Below are positions 49,281 to 57,685 of a stretch of 64,000 nucleotides of DNA, one piece after another; positions within the stretch are counted from its first letter, which is position 1; every line of letters starts with the position of its first letter. The DNA is from Candidatus Curtissbacteria bacterium (GTDB lineage Bacteria > Patescibacteriota > Microgenomatia > Curtissbacterales > GWA2-41-24), in assembly GCA_016183325.1 (NCBI GenBank), contig JACPEV010000003.1:18000-81999 (forward strand). The letters run 5' to 3'. Under the pieces are notes generated by a model. It had not been told where the DNA came from. It made no database searches and saw only the letters and a program-made list of their open reading frames with translations. Position numbers and translations under genes: made by a program.

Positions 49281-49964
49281 TTATTTATCCTTGTTCCAAA
49301 GTCCTAAGAAACCTGTGGCCAAAAAGAGACCGGCTAAGGTATCTTTACATTGCAGCTCCAGTGTTGGGATATCTTCAATTGCATACCAATCCTTATCTCC
49401 AACTTTAATGTCTTCATCTTCTCCCAATGACTGTTGATACTTTAGTTCCGTGGCATCAACCTCTGCTAGAAAAAAAGGGGATTTGGTGTGAGAATTAGAA
49501 GTGCTGAAATAAACTTCTCCAATTTGCTGAATTGATATTGGTTCAAGGCCCGTTTCCTCTTTAACTTCGCGAAGTGCTGCTTCTTTCGGGTCTTCATGTT
49601 CCCAAAACCGGACTTGACCCTGAGGGATATTTTTTACATAAACATTGCCCTGTTGTCCATTTTCATCTTTGAGGAGAACTCTACGTTCCTCAGGAAGTAA
49701 GAATTCAATTTTTTCCCCTCTCCTTCTAAAAACTACTACAAAGACTCCTCGACCATCTGCATGAAGATCAATCTTGTCAAAAATTCTACCTGTCTCATTG
49801 TTGATAACTGCTATATGACTAATCGTGGCCCAGCCAGGATCATAGACTTCTGACCAGTCGGGAATTTGTTCACCTGAAGTGGTTTGAACAACCCAATTTG
49901 GTCTTGGAATTCTCTGGCGTTCTTCTGGGGTTAGCCCGGAAAATGGAACGACTCTATCTGGCAT
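49281..49964 (-). CDS. NUDIX hydrolase (ADP-ribose pyrophosphatase-like)
   Basis: EDPKEAALREVKEETGL. Confidence 0.8.
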   Translation of the reverse strand: MPDRVVPFSGLTPEERQRIPRPNWVVQTTSGEQIPDWSEVYDPGWATISHIAVINNETGRIFDKIDLHADGRGVFVVVFRRRGEKIEFLLPEERRVLLKDENGQQGNVYVKNIPQGQVRFWEHEDPKEAALREVKEETGLEPISIQQIGEVYFSTSNSHTKSPFFLAEVDATELKYQQSLGEDEDIKVGDKDWYAIEDIPTLELQCKDTLAGLFLATGFLGLWNKDK

Positions 49965-49997
49965 GGTAGCTATTTATATAAAAAAGTGCTTTAGAAG

Positions 49998-50600
49998 TCA
50001 AACTTTATAGAGGTAAAAGCCGTTTTCGGCTTTAGTAGGGTTTTTGGTGGGGAAAGGGATGGTTTTGTCGGTGTTGACGATGATGCGAGCTCCACGCTTG
50101 GCGTTTTGATAGACGAATTTTTCAAATCTGGGCATGGTTTTGGCGCGGCCGTAGACGAAGATAACGTTGGCTGATGACAGATCGGCTTCCCAAAGATCTT
50201 GACGCTTGATGGTGATGGTTCCTTTTTTTATTGTTCGAGCCTGTCGAGAACTAATAATCAAAGACTTCTCGACTCGCTGGCGCTCGCTCGAAGAATAACC
50301 AAGAAGGCCTGCTTTAAATCTTGTAAACATCACCAAAAGCGGATTGAGTTCGTAGCCAATGGCGTGAGCACCTTTTTTGGCCGCTGCAAAGAGCAGACGG
50401 CCGTCACCGGAGCCAAGATCAATAACCGTATCACCTTTTTTAATCGATGCAAGTTTGATAATCGTTGAGATTTTATCTCTTCTGGTGGCAACGTACGGCA
50501 GTTCTAAAAAAGCATCGAAGGCAAAAAGAAGAAAAATAATCAAAAGATAAAGTAAAAGAAGAATAATTAGGAACAAGAAAATAATTATTATGATTTGCAT
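49998..50600 (-). CDS. Class I SAM-dependent methyltransferase
   Basis: PYVAT, VIDLGSGDGR, GYELNP; in-frame repeat insertion at 50228-50298. Confidence 0.88.
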   Translation of the reverse strand: MQIIIIIFLFLIILLLLYLLIIFLLFAFDAFLELPYVATRRDKISTIIKLASIKKGDTVIDLGSGDGRLLFAAAKKGAHAIGYELNPLLVMFTRFKAGLLGYSSSERQRVEKSLIISSRQARTIKKGTITIKRQDLWEADLSSANVIFVYGRAKTMPRFEKFVYQNAKRGARIIVNTDKTIPFPTKNPTKAENGFYLYKV

Positions 50601-50630
50601 TTATGGTAGCTTCTCGACCTCGTCCTTCGA

Positions 50631-50728
50631 CACATTCGATATCAGCCTTCACCTTCGGTGAATCTGATATATCAGAGGAGCGTCATTGAATCGAAGATTC
50701 AAGACGACCTGCTGATATAAACTCAGTG
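50631..50728. repeat. Nested multi-hairpin element (inverted copy at 58757-58853)
   Basis: CACATTCGATATCA...TGATATAAACTCAGTG shared between copies, with substitutions in the hairpins. Confidence 0.8.
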
Positions 50729-50766
50729 CAAGCAAGCTCAGGACTTCGCTCGAAAAAGAAAGAATT

Positions 50767-51069
50767 TTATTGTTCGAGCGTTAGCGAGAACTATTAAATA
50801 ATAATTCTTTCTTCTGCCTACTAAAATCTTTTAATTGATGTTCTCGATCTCTAGCCTGAATTATTTCTGTAAATTCTTCTACGTAACAGAGCCTTTTGAA
50901 ACCATGTCTGGATGTAAATTTAGACCCTTTACCAATTTTATGCTGTTCCATTCTTTTTTCTAAATCCCAGGTAATTCCGGTGTAATAAAAACCGTCTAAA
51001 CATTCAATAATGTAAACATACCACTTCCATTGTTTATTTAATGAACTTCTCACTTCGTTCGAAGAATAA
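50767..51069 (-). mobile_element. Candidate autonomous GIY-YIG palindromic element
   Basis: GIY-YIG ORF bounded by the same left and right ends as the MITE-like copies. Confidence 0.55.
50781..51053 (-). CDS. GIY-YIG nuclease (YhbQ/UPF0213-like)
   Basis: WYVYIIEC.DG.YYTGIT.DLEKR..QH, ARDREHQLK. Confidence 0.92.
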   Translation of the reverse strand: MRSSLNKQWKWYVYIIECLDGFYYTGITWDLEKRMEQHKIGKGSKFTSRHGFKRLCYVEEFTEIIQARDREHQLKDFSRQKKELLFNSSR

Positions 51070-51079
51070 TATGTATTTG

Positions 51080-51118
51080 TTAAATTTTAGCTAGGCTGAA
51101 CGGACAGATGGAATTATA
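51080..51118 (-). repeat. Orphan recoded copy of the helicase-nuclease 3' tail (YNSICPFSLAKI*)
   Basis: Same 12 residues as the gene end, with 9 of 12 codons different. Confidence 0.9.
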
Positions 51119-51153
51119 TCAGCCCTCGCTTCGCTCGCCTGATGTAACAGCAT

Positions 51154-54100
51154 TTACTGTATTTTTGCTAAAGAAAAAGGACAAATGCTGTTATAGGCGC
51201 AGTAAACACAAGCCGGTTCGCGGCCGAAATATTTGGGGTTGGCGACAAAAGAATTATTTTTGGTATCACGGCGGATTTTGTCGGCAGTTTCCAAAATCAA
51301 CTCTTCGGTTTTTTCTAAATCTTTTTGAGTGGGAGTGTGTGCTCCTTCGATGCCGGTTTCCAAGAAGTTGAGGACGACCTTTTCGGGAACGATCCTGTGG
51401 CGCTTAAAGTAGTAAAGCGCGTAGATAGCAAGCTGAATTGATTCTTTAGCCTGAGAATCGGCTTTGTCTTGATCGATGTTTTCGGAAGATTTGTAATCGA
51501 TGATGGTGATTTTCCCGCCAGGTTTTACATCTACCCTATCAAAACGACCGGTAATCGTGACACCTTTTAGCGCGAAATCGAACCTTGCTTCGATAAGGCT
51601 GGGCAGATCTTTTGATTTTGATTCTCGTTGCCAAAAATTTTGGAGGGCAAGTTTGCCTTGAGATTTTCTTTTTTCTTCATGTTCGATGGTTAAAAATCCT
51701 TCACTATCCCAAGCGTTTTCGAAAATTTCCAAAAGCTGGGGAAGGGTTAAAATCCTGCCGCTTTTTTTGGCCCGGAAAAATCCGGCAACGGCGCTGTGGA
51801 GAGCGGCACCGTATACGATAGCGTGATGCCTGAGAGTAGGAATTCTAAGGATATGAATATAGCGGTATTTGTAGGCACACGTTAGATAATCGTCGATTGA
51901 ACCTTGGGTAAGTTTTAAAACATCGACATCGAAAAGTAAAGTTTGGGTTGTGCGGGTAGGTGTTGGTGCAAATTTTTCGATTTTTTCCAGTGGTGAGAGT
52001 CTGGCAATCTCCGCGTCTGATTTGATCTTATCTAATGCTTCCAGCACAAACGGGGATATTTTTTTGACTCTGGCTCCACCAATATCGCGAGACCAGGAAA
52101 AGTAAAGCAAATCTTTAGCACGAGTCATGCCGACATAGAAAAGGCGCCTTTCCTCTTGTTGGTGCCAATCACCGATGGGCAGAGTTTCTTTGATCAAGAC
52201 TTCGGGAACCTCGATGGCATCACCTCGCGCGCGTGTTGGGAAACGATCGGCAACTAAATTGACCAAAAAAACGACCGAAAATTCCAAACCTTTGGCGCCA
52301 TGGACAGTCATTACATTGACGGCATCCACTTCTGGATCAAACTGGACTGTGGCAGGGTCATCACCAGCCCCCCGAATCGCTTCGAGATAATCGACGAATT
52401 GGGTGACTGATTCGACCTTAGCTACGTCAACAAATTCTTTAATTTTATCGAAGAATTTTGCAATATTCTGGATTTTAAGCTGATTTTCAACGCCGCCTTG
52501 CCTTTCTAACTTTTTGAGATAACCGGTTGTTTTCAAAAAGCCGTAGGTAACTTTGCCTACATTTTCGCGCCTGGAGAGTTTAATTGACTCATCAAGATCT
52601 AACAAAAGTTTTTCGATGATGGCTTTGGACTCTTCTGATAGGTCTAAATCTGATATTCCACTGTCATTCTGGCCCTTCGGCAGTGAGCTGCTCAGGACAG
52701 TCGAACTGCTTGTCCAGAATCCGCTTTTTTTGATTCTGGAGTCGTCGCTTCGCTCCTCCCCAGAATGACGGTGTTGGGGTGTAAGTCTATCTAGATTTTT
52801 TAGAACATAATAAAGTGAGCGATTTTTTCTTTTGGCGTATGAAGCGAGTTTGATGGCATCGGCAGGCGGCATTTTGTAAACATCAGATGTACTGAGATTA
52901 AAAAGGTTAAGACTATCTTCAAAATTGGAAATGGCTGTTAAGAAAGAGATTAGGAGATTTACTTCTTCCTGCTGGTATAGGCCTGATGAACCGACAAATT
53001 TATGGGGAATACCCTTCATATTAAGAGCGCGCAAGAAATGGTCGGCTTGGGCGTTGGCGCGAACAAGAATGGCGAAATCGCGATATGAATAACCATCTCT
53101 GCCACCTCCGAGGTGTGAGGAACTTTCACCTCGGAGGTATTTGCTTCTTTTAGCCATTAACTTTTCAATTTCTGCAGCCACTAGATCAGCTTCTTCTGAA
53201 ATTGTATCGGCGAAAATTTCCTGAGGGGATAAGCCATGCCTTATTCCAAGCTCACCCCGGGGGTGTAACCAGACAGCCTTTAATTTTTTATCTATTTTGT
53301 TTTGGACTTCCAGCCGGTCGGGGTCATTGTGGCGGATGAGACGATAAGCACTATTTAAAATGGATTGGGTTGAACGGTAGTTTTGGTTTAGAACCACTTG
53401 GTGGGCTTTTGGATATGTTTTTTTAAACTCTAAAATGTTTGAAATTGCAGCGCCGCGGAATTTGTAGATTGAATTATGAACAACAATATTGTTTGCAATA
53501 AAATTATGCGTTTTTTCAATTTCAAGATCATAGACTGTTAGTGTTTTTTCTTCTTCTGTGATTTCAATTATTTCATCATAATAAACCCGATTATTAACAA
53601 CTATCGGTACACGATGGCCAAGAACTAGATTACTTGCTGGCATTATCAGGGCTGGCTTGCTCTGAAAGCTTGCAAAACCTAAAGCGAATTTTGCCTCTAG
53701 AAAACCACCAGTAAAATCAGTTATTTTTTGTGCGAGTTTGCCCAGATTTAACAAATCGCTGCTTTGAATTCTTAATCTTAGGCCTTTTTTTGCTTTCTGG
53801 AGTTGATAGCCCGCATCTTGCAATAGTTTAATTATCTTAGGATTAGTGGTCTCTAAGTGCAGTGTGTGGGCTATCAATGGGCTTTTAAGAATTTCCTTGG
53901 ATTTGGAGTGATAATTTCTTGAACAGATTTCCAAATTAATTTTTATTCTTCGACTTGATCCTCGAGTGACTGCATTTAAGGTATAGTGAGAAGAATTGAG
54001 GTCTATATGTAAGTCTTGAGCCAGTTTAGCAGCGTTAGCATAACTATCAATATCTTTGTATAACTTCATGAGGGAATCTCCTTTTATTTCAATTCCAATC

Positions 54101-55386
54101 CGTTCTTGAAAAACCGTCGGTGGAATCCCGTATTTGAGAGCCCAAAACATTTCGTAATATCTTGCTTCAGAATCTGTTCTAAATGCTCTTATGCCTATTA
54201 TTTTATCAGCAGATCTTTCCAGCCTAAGTCTCGTAGCAAGATCATTAGTAACTCCAATTCTCCAACCTAAGTTCTGTCTATACATCAAATAAACATAGTG
54301 ATACTGGTTTTGGGAGACTTTGGATGGGACATAACAGAAAACTTTATGATTGTCGGTTAATGTTAGCTTACATCCACTTTTTGTTTTAACCGTTAATAAG
54401 CGTGCAGTTTTTCTGTTCTTGAAGACCTTTGTTATCTTTGAGATGCCTAAGTGACCTTTACCAACCGCAGTTAGAACTTGGTCGCTAATTTTGAGCTTTT
54501 CAATCTTTCTCTTGCCATTGGAAGTAGTAATGAGAGTGCCAGGAGGCAAGCATTGATCATCGTCGCCAACAACACAGATGTTTTTGTGACTGGCGGCGAG
54601 CAATTTGACCAGTTCGTTTTGGGCATAATTGGTATCTTGGTATTCATCGACTAAGATGTATTTGAATTGATCTTGATATTTTTTGAGAATTTTGGGGCGC
54701 TTTTGGAAAAGTTCGATGGTTTTGACAACTTGATCACCAAAATCCAAAAAACCGGCTTCGTCTTTAAATTTCTCGTATTGCTGATAAGAACTTGCTAATT
54801 CTTGATATTTCTTGGCTTCGATCCTTCGACTTCGCTCAGGACCTTCGGTTTTCTCTTCTTTTCTGGCGTCAGTTGCCAGTCGTTTAGAGTATAGCGAGAA
54901 TTCCTCCGGATTGATGTTTTCGTCCTTAAGTCTGGAGAAAAAAGAAAGAATTGCAGAGATGAATTTTGTAGGATTAGAAAGTGGAAGATAGTACTCTAGA
55001 TTAAACCTGAAAAGGTTTTGTTGGAAAAAGAGAACTTGTTGAGGGCGAGAAAGAACTTTGAAATCTGGAGAAAGACCAATTTCCAGAACATTGTCGCGCA
55101 AAATTCTGTCACCAAAAGCATGAAAGGTAGAAATCCAGGTGTCGATAAAACCGTAAGGGACAAGTATATCCACGCGTTCTTCCATTTCGGCGGCAGCTTT
55201 GTCGGTAAAGGTCAGCGCCAAAATTTCCGAAGGTTTGGCGAGGCGTTTTTCAATAATGTAGGCAATACGTCTTGCGATAACGGCGGTTTTGCCAGTGCCA
55301 GCACCGGCGATTATTAAAAGCGGCCCTTCGGTTGTGGTAACCGCCTGTTTTTGCTCAAGGTTGAGATCTTTGAGAATATCTGACAT
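51154..55386 (-). CDS. UvrD/AdnB-like helicase with C-terminal PD-(D/E)XK nuclease, intein-containing
   Basis: AGAGTGKT, DEYQD, HGAKGLEF, GRFDRVD..IIDYKS, four Fe-S-type Cys residues. Confidence 0.92.
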   Translation of the reverse strand: MSDILKDLNLEQKQAVTTTEGPLLIIAGAGTGKTAVIARRIAYIIEKRLAKPSEILALTFTDKAAAEMEERVDILVPYGFIDTWISTFHAFGDRILRDNVLEIGLSPDFKVLSRPQQVLFFQQNLFRFNLEYYLPLSNPTKFISAILSFFSRLKDENINPEEFSLYSKRLATDARKEEKTEGPERSRRIEAKKYQELASSYQQYEKFKDEAGFLDFGDQVVKTIELFQKRPKILKKYQDQFKYILVDEYQDTNYAQNELVKLLAASHKNICVVGDDDQCLPPGTLITTSNGKRKIEKLKISDQVLTAVGKGHLGISKITKVFKNRKTARLLTVKTKSGCKLTLTDNHKVFCYVPSKVSQNQYHYVYLMYRQNLGWRIGVTNDLATRLRLERSADKIIGIRAFRTDSEARYYEMFWALKYGIPPTVFQERIGIEIKGDSLMKLYKDIDSYANAAKLAQDLHIDLNSSHYTLNAVTRGSSRRIKINLEICSRNYHSKSKEILKSPLIAHTLHLETTNPKIIKLLQDAGYQLQKAKKGLRLRIQSSDLLNLGKLAQKITDFTGGFLEAKFALGFASFQSKPALIMPASNLVLGHRVPIVVNNRVYYDEIIEITEEEKTLTVYDLEIEKTHNFIANNIVVHNSIYKFRGAAISNILEFKKTYPKAHQVVLNQNYRSTQSILNSAYRLIRHNDPDRLEVQNKIDKKLKAVWLHPRGELGIRHGLSPQEIFADTISEEADLVAAEIEKLMAKRSKYLRGESSSHLGGGRDGYSYRDFAILVRANAQADHFLRALNMKGIPHKFVGSSGLYQQEEVNLLISFLTAISNFEDSLNLFNLSTSDVYKMPPADAIKLASYAKRKNRSLYYVLKNLDRLTPQHRHSGEERSDDSRIKKSGFWTSSSTVLSSSLPKGQNDSGISDLDLSEESKAIIEKLLLDLDESIKLSRRENVGKVTYGFLKTTGYLKKLERQGGVENQLKIQNIAKFFDKIKEFVDVAKVESVTQFVDYLEAIRGAGDDPATVQFDPEVDAVNVMTVHGAKGLEFSVVFLVNLVADRFPTRARGDAIEVPEVLIKETLPIGDWHQQEERRLFYVGMTRAKDLLYFSWSRDIGGARVKKISPFVLEALDKIKSDAEIARLSPLEKIEKFAPTPTRTTQTLLFDVDVLKLTQGSIDDYLTCAYKYRYIHILRIPTLRHHAIVYGAALHSAVAGFFRAKKSGRILTLPQLLEIFENAWDSEGFLTIEHEEKRKSQGKLALQNFWQRESKSKDLPSLIEARFDFALKGVTITGRFDRVDVKPGGKITIIDYKSSENIDQDKADSQAKESIQLAIYALYYFKRHRIVPEKVVLNFLETGIEGAHTPTQKDLEKTEELILETADKIRRDTKNNSFVANPKYFGREPACVYCAYNSICPFSLAKIQ
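53473..54552 (-). mobile_element. Intein (360 aa) in helicase motif III
   Basis: VVGDDDQ|CLPPGT ... LTDNH ... VYDLEIEKTHNFIANNIVVHN|SIYKFRGA. Confidence 0.93.
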
Positions 55387-55419
55387 TCGGAAGTTATTTT
55401 ATCACGTAGTATTTCGGAC

Positions 55420-55836
55420 TTAGGATAATACTTCTATTTTTAGACCGTTGATTTTTCGCGGCAACCTTCGGTCTGCAGTTACGAAAATCTCTGCGCCTGA
55501 CTCGAGAGCAGTGGCCAGGTGAATTGCGTCTGGAGTTCTTATCTGCTTATATTGCGCTCGAATTTGAGCAGATTTGATTGCTATATTTCTAGTAAAATCG
55601 ACTATGGAAATATTGCCAGAATTGGATATGAAATTTAAATATGCGTGCACTTTTCTAATTAATCCTTCTTTGTAGACACCAACAAGTATCTCTTGGAGTG
55701 TTAAAACGGATGTGAAGACTTGAAGATTTGTTTCTTTTATCTCGAAAAGTTTTTTTCTAGATGCGTTGCCTGACCTGCCTTTATTTTCTAATGCATAGAT
55801 AAAGATATTGGAATCTAAGGCGATTTTTAATCCCAC
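55420..55836 (-). CDS. vapC: PIN-domain (VapC) toxin
   Basis: LDSNIFIY, RTPDAIHLATA, FVTADR. Confidence 0.92.
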   Translation of the reverse strand: MGLKIALDSNIFIYALENKGRSGNASRKKLFEIKETNLQVFTSVLTLQEILVGVYKEGLIRKVHAYLNFISNSGNISIVDFTRNIAIKSAQIRAQYKQIRTPDAIHLATALESGAEIFVTADRRLPRKINGLKIEVLS

Positions 55837-56075
55837 GAATTTCTTTCTTCATCAAGATATTTTTCGATATCTTTGGTATTTTTCCATAATCCCCTTAGAT
55901 TCTTAATGTAATCGTCAGGCCAAACCCATGCCCGCTTACCCGGCTTTGGTGACAGAATAATCTGATTTCCCTTAGTATCAATGTCCAGTTTCTGACCAGG
56001 TTTAACCTTAATCTTTTTGCGGATTTCTTTGGGTATGACTACTTGATATTTGGTACTGACAGACGTTTGGATCAT
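55827..56075 (-). CDS. AbrB-type antitoxin
   Basis: VSTKYQVVIPKEIR. Confidence 0.9.
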   Translation of the reverse strand: MIQTSVSTKYQVVIPKEIRKKIKVKPGQKLDIDTKGNQIILSPKPGKRAWVWPDDYIKNLRGLWKNTKDIEKYLDEERNSWD

Positions 56076-56159
56076 TTCGTATTACATTTTACCAAAACGT
56101 ATTACGTTTTGTCAATCACGCAGACTGAGATTTCTTCGTGGCGGAGGTGAAGAAGTTGG

Positions 56160-56966
56160 TTAATTTGGTCTTTGCCAATCGATGCCAAAATGATGTTTAA
56201 GATCTAATTCTTTCCAGTAATCAAATTCAATAGAGGCATTGAAAGGATCTTGCAACAATTGCGGGGAGAATAATTTTCCCAAAATATCTTCAAGGTCGAT
56301 TCTTTTTGGGAAGCTTAACTGATCAACATGTTTGTTGGTAACTCTTCTTTCGAGAGTGATAATTTGTCCATCATTTACTCTAACTTCGGAACCATCCCAA
56401 TTATTAATAATAATTGAACCCTTTGCATCTGGAAACATTGAAACAAGACTTTTCTCTTTAAGGGCAGAACTCTTAAAATTTAATGAATTGAACTCTAGGT
56501 TCTGATAGTAGATATCAAGAATATTACTTTCATACTGAACGCGTATTCCAAAATGACTCGAAGATAATAGGAATACGTTTATGTGCTCTGGTGATCTGCC
56601 GGTTAATAACCTCTCCCCATATTTATCGATTGAGAACCTAACTGGATATTCATCGAAATATTCGATTGATAATTTTGATGATAAATCGTCTATATCGAAA
56701 TCTTTGTTATGTGGAGTCTTGTAGTAATTTCGTGCATAGCATACTTGGTCGTAAAAAAAACTCTGTCCAACATAAAACAGATTTTCAGGTACAATTTTTA
56801 ACCCGGTCCAATATATCTGCGATTCTAATGAATTCACATAATCAATAAAGGCTATTTGAATATCTTTGGGTACTTTGCCATTTTCTAAGCCAGACAGTGG
56901 GAACATTCTCGAATCATGGAATGAGGTGTTAGGAGGAAGAAAATCGGAAAATTGTTCGTCGTTCAT
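56160..56966 (-). CDS. Hypothetical protein
   Basis: 268-aa ORF, AT-rich, no recognised motif. Confidence 0.7.
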   Translation of the reverse strand: MNDEQFSDFLPPNTSFHDSRMFPLSGLENGKVPKDIQIAFIDYVNSLESQIYWTGLKIVPENLFYVGQSFFYDQVCYARNYYKTPHNKDFDIDDLSSKLSIEYFDEYPVRFSIDKYGERLLTGRSPEHINVFLLSSSHFGIRVQYESNILDIYYQNLEFNSLNFKSSALKEKSLVSMFPDAKGSIIINNWDGSEVRVNDGQIITLERRVTNKHVDQLSFPKRIDLEDILGKLFSPQLLQDPFNASIEFDYWKELDLKHHFGIDWQRPN

Positions 56967-57004
56967 TGATATGTGAAGCCAAATTATATCACTATTGATA
57001 GAAT

Positions 57005-57064
57005 TTACTTGCTTTTGAGGGATTTTATGGCTTTTGCTTCGATAGTTTATTTCAGAGATTTTAT
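57005..57064 (-). repeat. Orphan recoded copies of the rmuC 3' tail (IEAKAIKSLKSK* and IKSLK*)
   Basis: RmuC ends IEAKTTKSLKSK*; the copies lie beyond mazEF. Confidence 0.8.
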
Positions 57065-57426
57065 TCTAGCGGTTCGAGGCCAAGCACGATTTTTAGAGCT
57101 TCTTCGACTTCGTAAAGCTTTTCTTTGGTAAGAGTACTAAGTTTTTTGGCAAGGCGGGATTTGTCGATTGCTCTAATTTGGTTTGGTAGGGCAACTGAAT
57201 TTTTATCCAAGAAGCTATTTTCTTTTTCCAGCAATATTCTCTCTGGGCCTAGTATTTCGGGAACTTGTGATGAGATAGGAATTATAATGACAAGAGGTGA
57301 GATCTTATTTATTTCGTTTGCGGAAATAACAATGACGGGTCTTTTCTTGGCAACTTCCCAACCTTTTCCTGGAATTAAATCAGCGACCCAGATTTCTCCG
57401 CGTTTTGGTTTTAATACTCTGGCCAT
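57061..57426 (-). CDS. mazF: MazF/PemK toxin
   Basis: KRGEIWVADL.P..G.E..K.RPVIVIS, QIRAIDKSRL. Confidence 0.93.
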   Translation of the reverse strand: MARVLKPKRGEIWVADLIPGKGWEVAKKRPVIVISANEINKISPLVIIIPISSQVPEILGPERILLEKENSFLDKNSVALPNQIRAIDKSRLAKKLSTLTKEKLYEVEEALKIVLGLEPLE

Positions 57427-57644
57427 CCATCTAGTTCAGTTGCCTTCCAAGTCTCTGCTTCTTTTTTGTCAAATTCGCGATTTGCCTTTAAACTTCTAAT
57501 CAAATCTTTTTTAAGATTCTTTTTGCGATGCAGTTTTTCTTCGAGCGCCTTTGCAATAAATTTGCTGCGAGACCTTGAAGGGATAGTTTTGCGAAGATCT
57601 CGGGCTAAATTTGATGGGAGTGTGATATTTATTCTTTGTTGCAT
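57411..57644 (-). CDS. RHH antitoxin (NdoAI-like)
   Basis: RINITLP..RSKFI; overlaps mazF. Confidence 0.85.
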   Translation of the reverse strand: MQQRINITLPSNLARDLRKTIPSRSRSKFIAKALEEKLHRKKNLKKDLIRSLKANREFDKKEAETWKATELDGWPEY

Positions 57645-57685
57645 TACACACTAATTATACACACTCTATAATTCTGTGTCAACAA

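Noticed and set aside
56116-56142. Possible third rmuC tail scar (ATKKSQSA*)
   Set aside because: Similarity too weak to distinguish from chance
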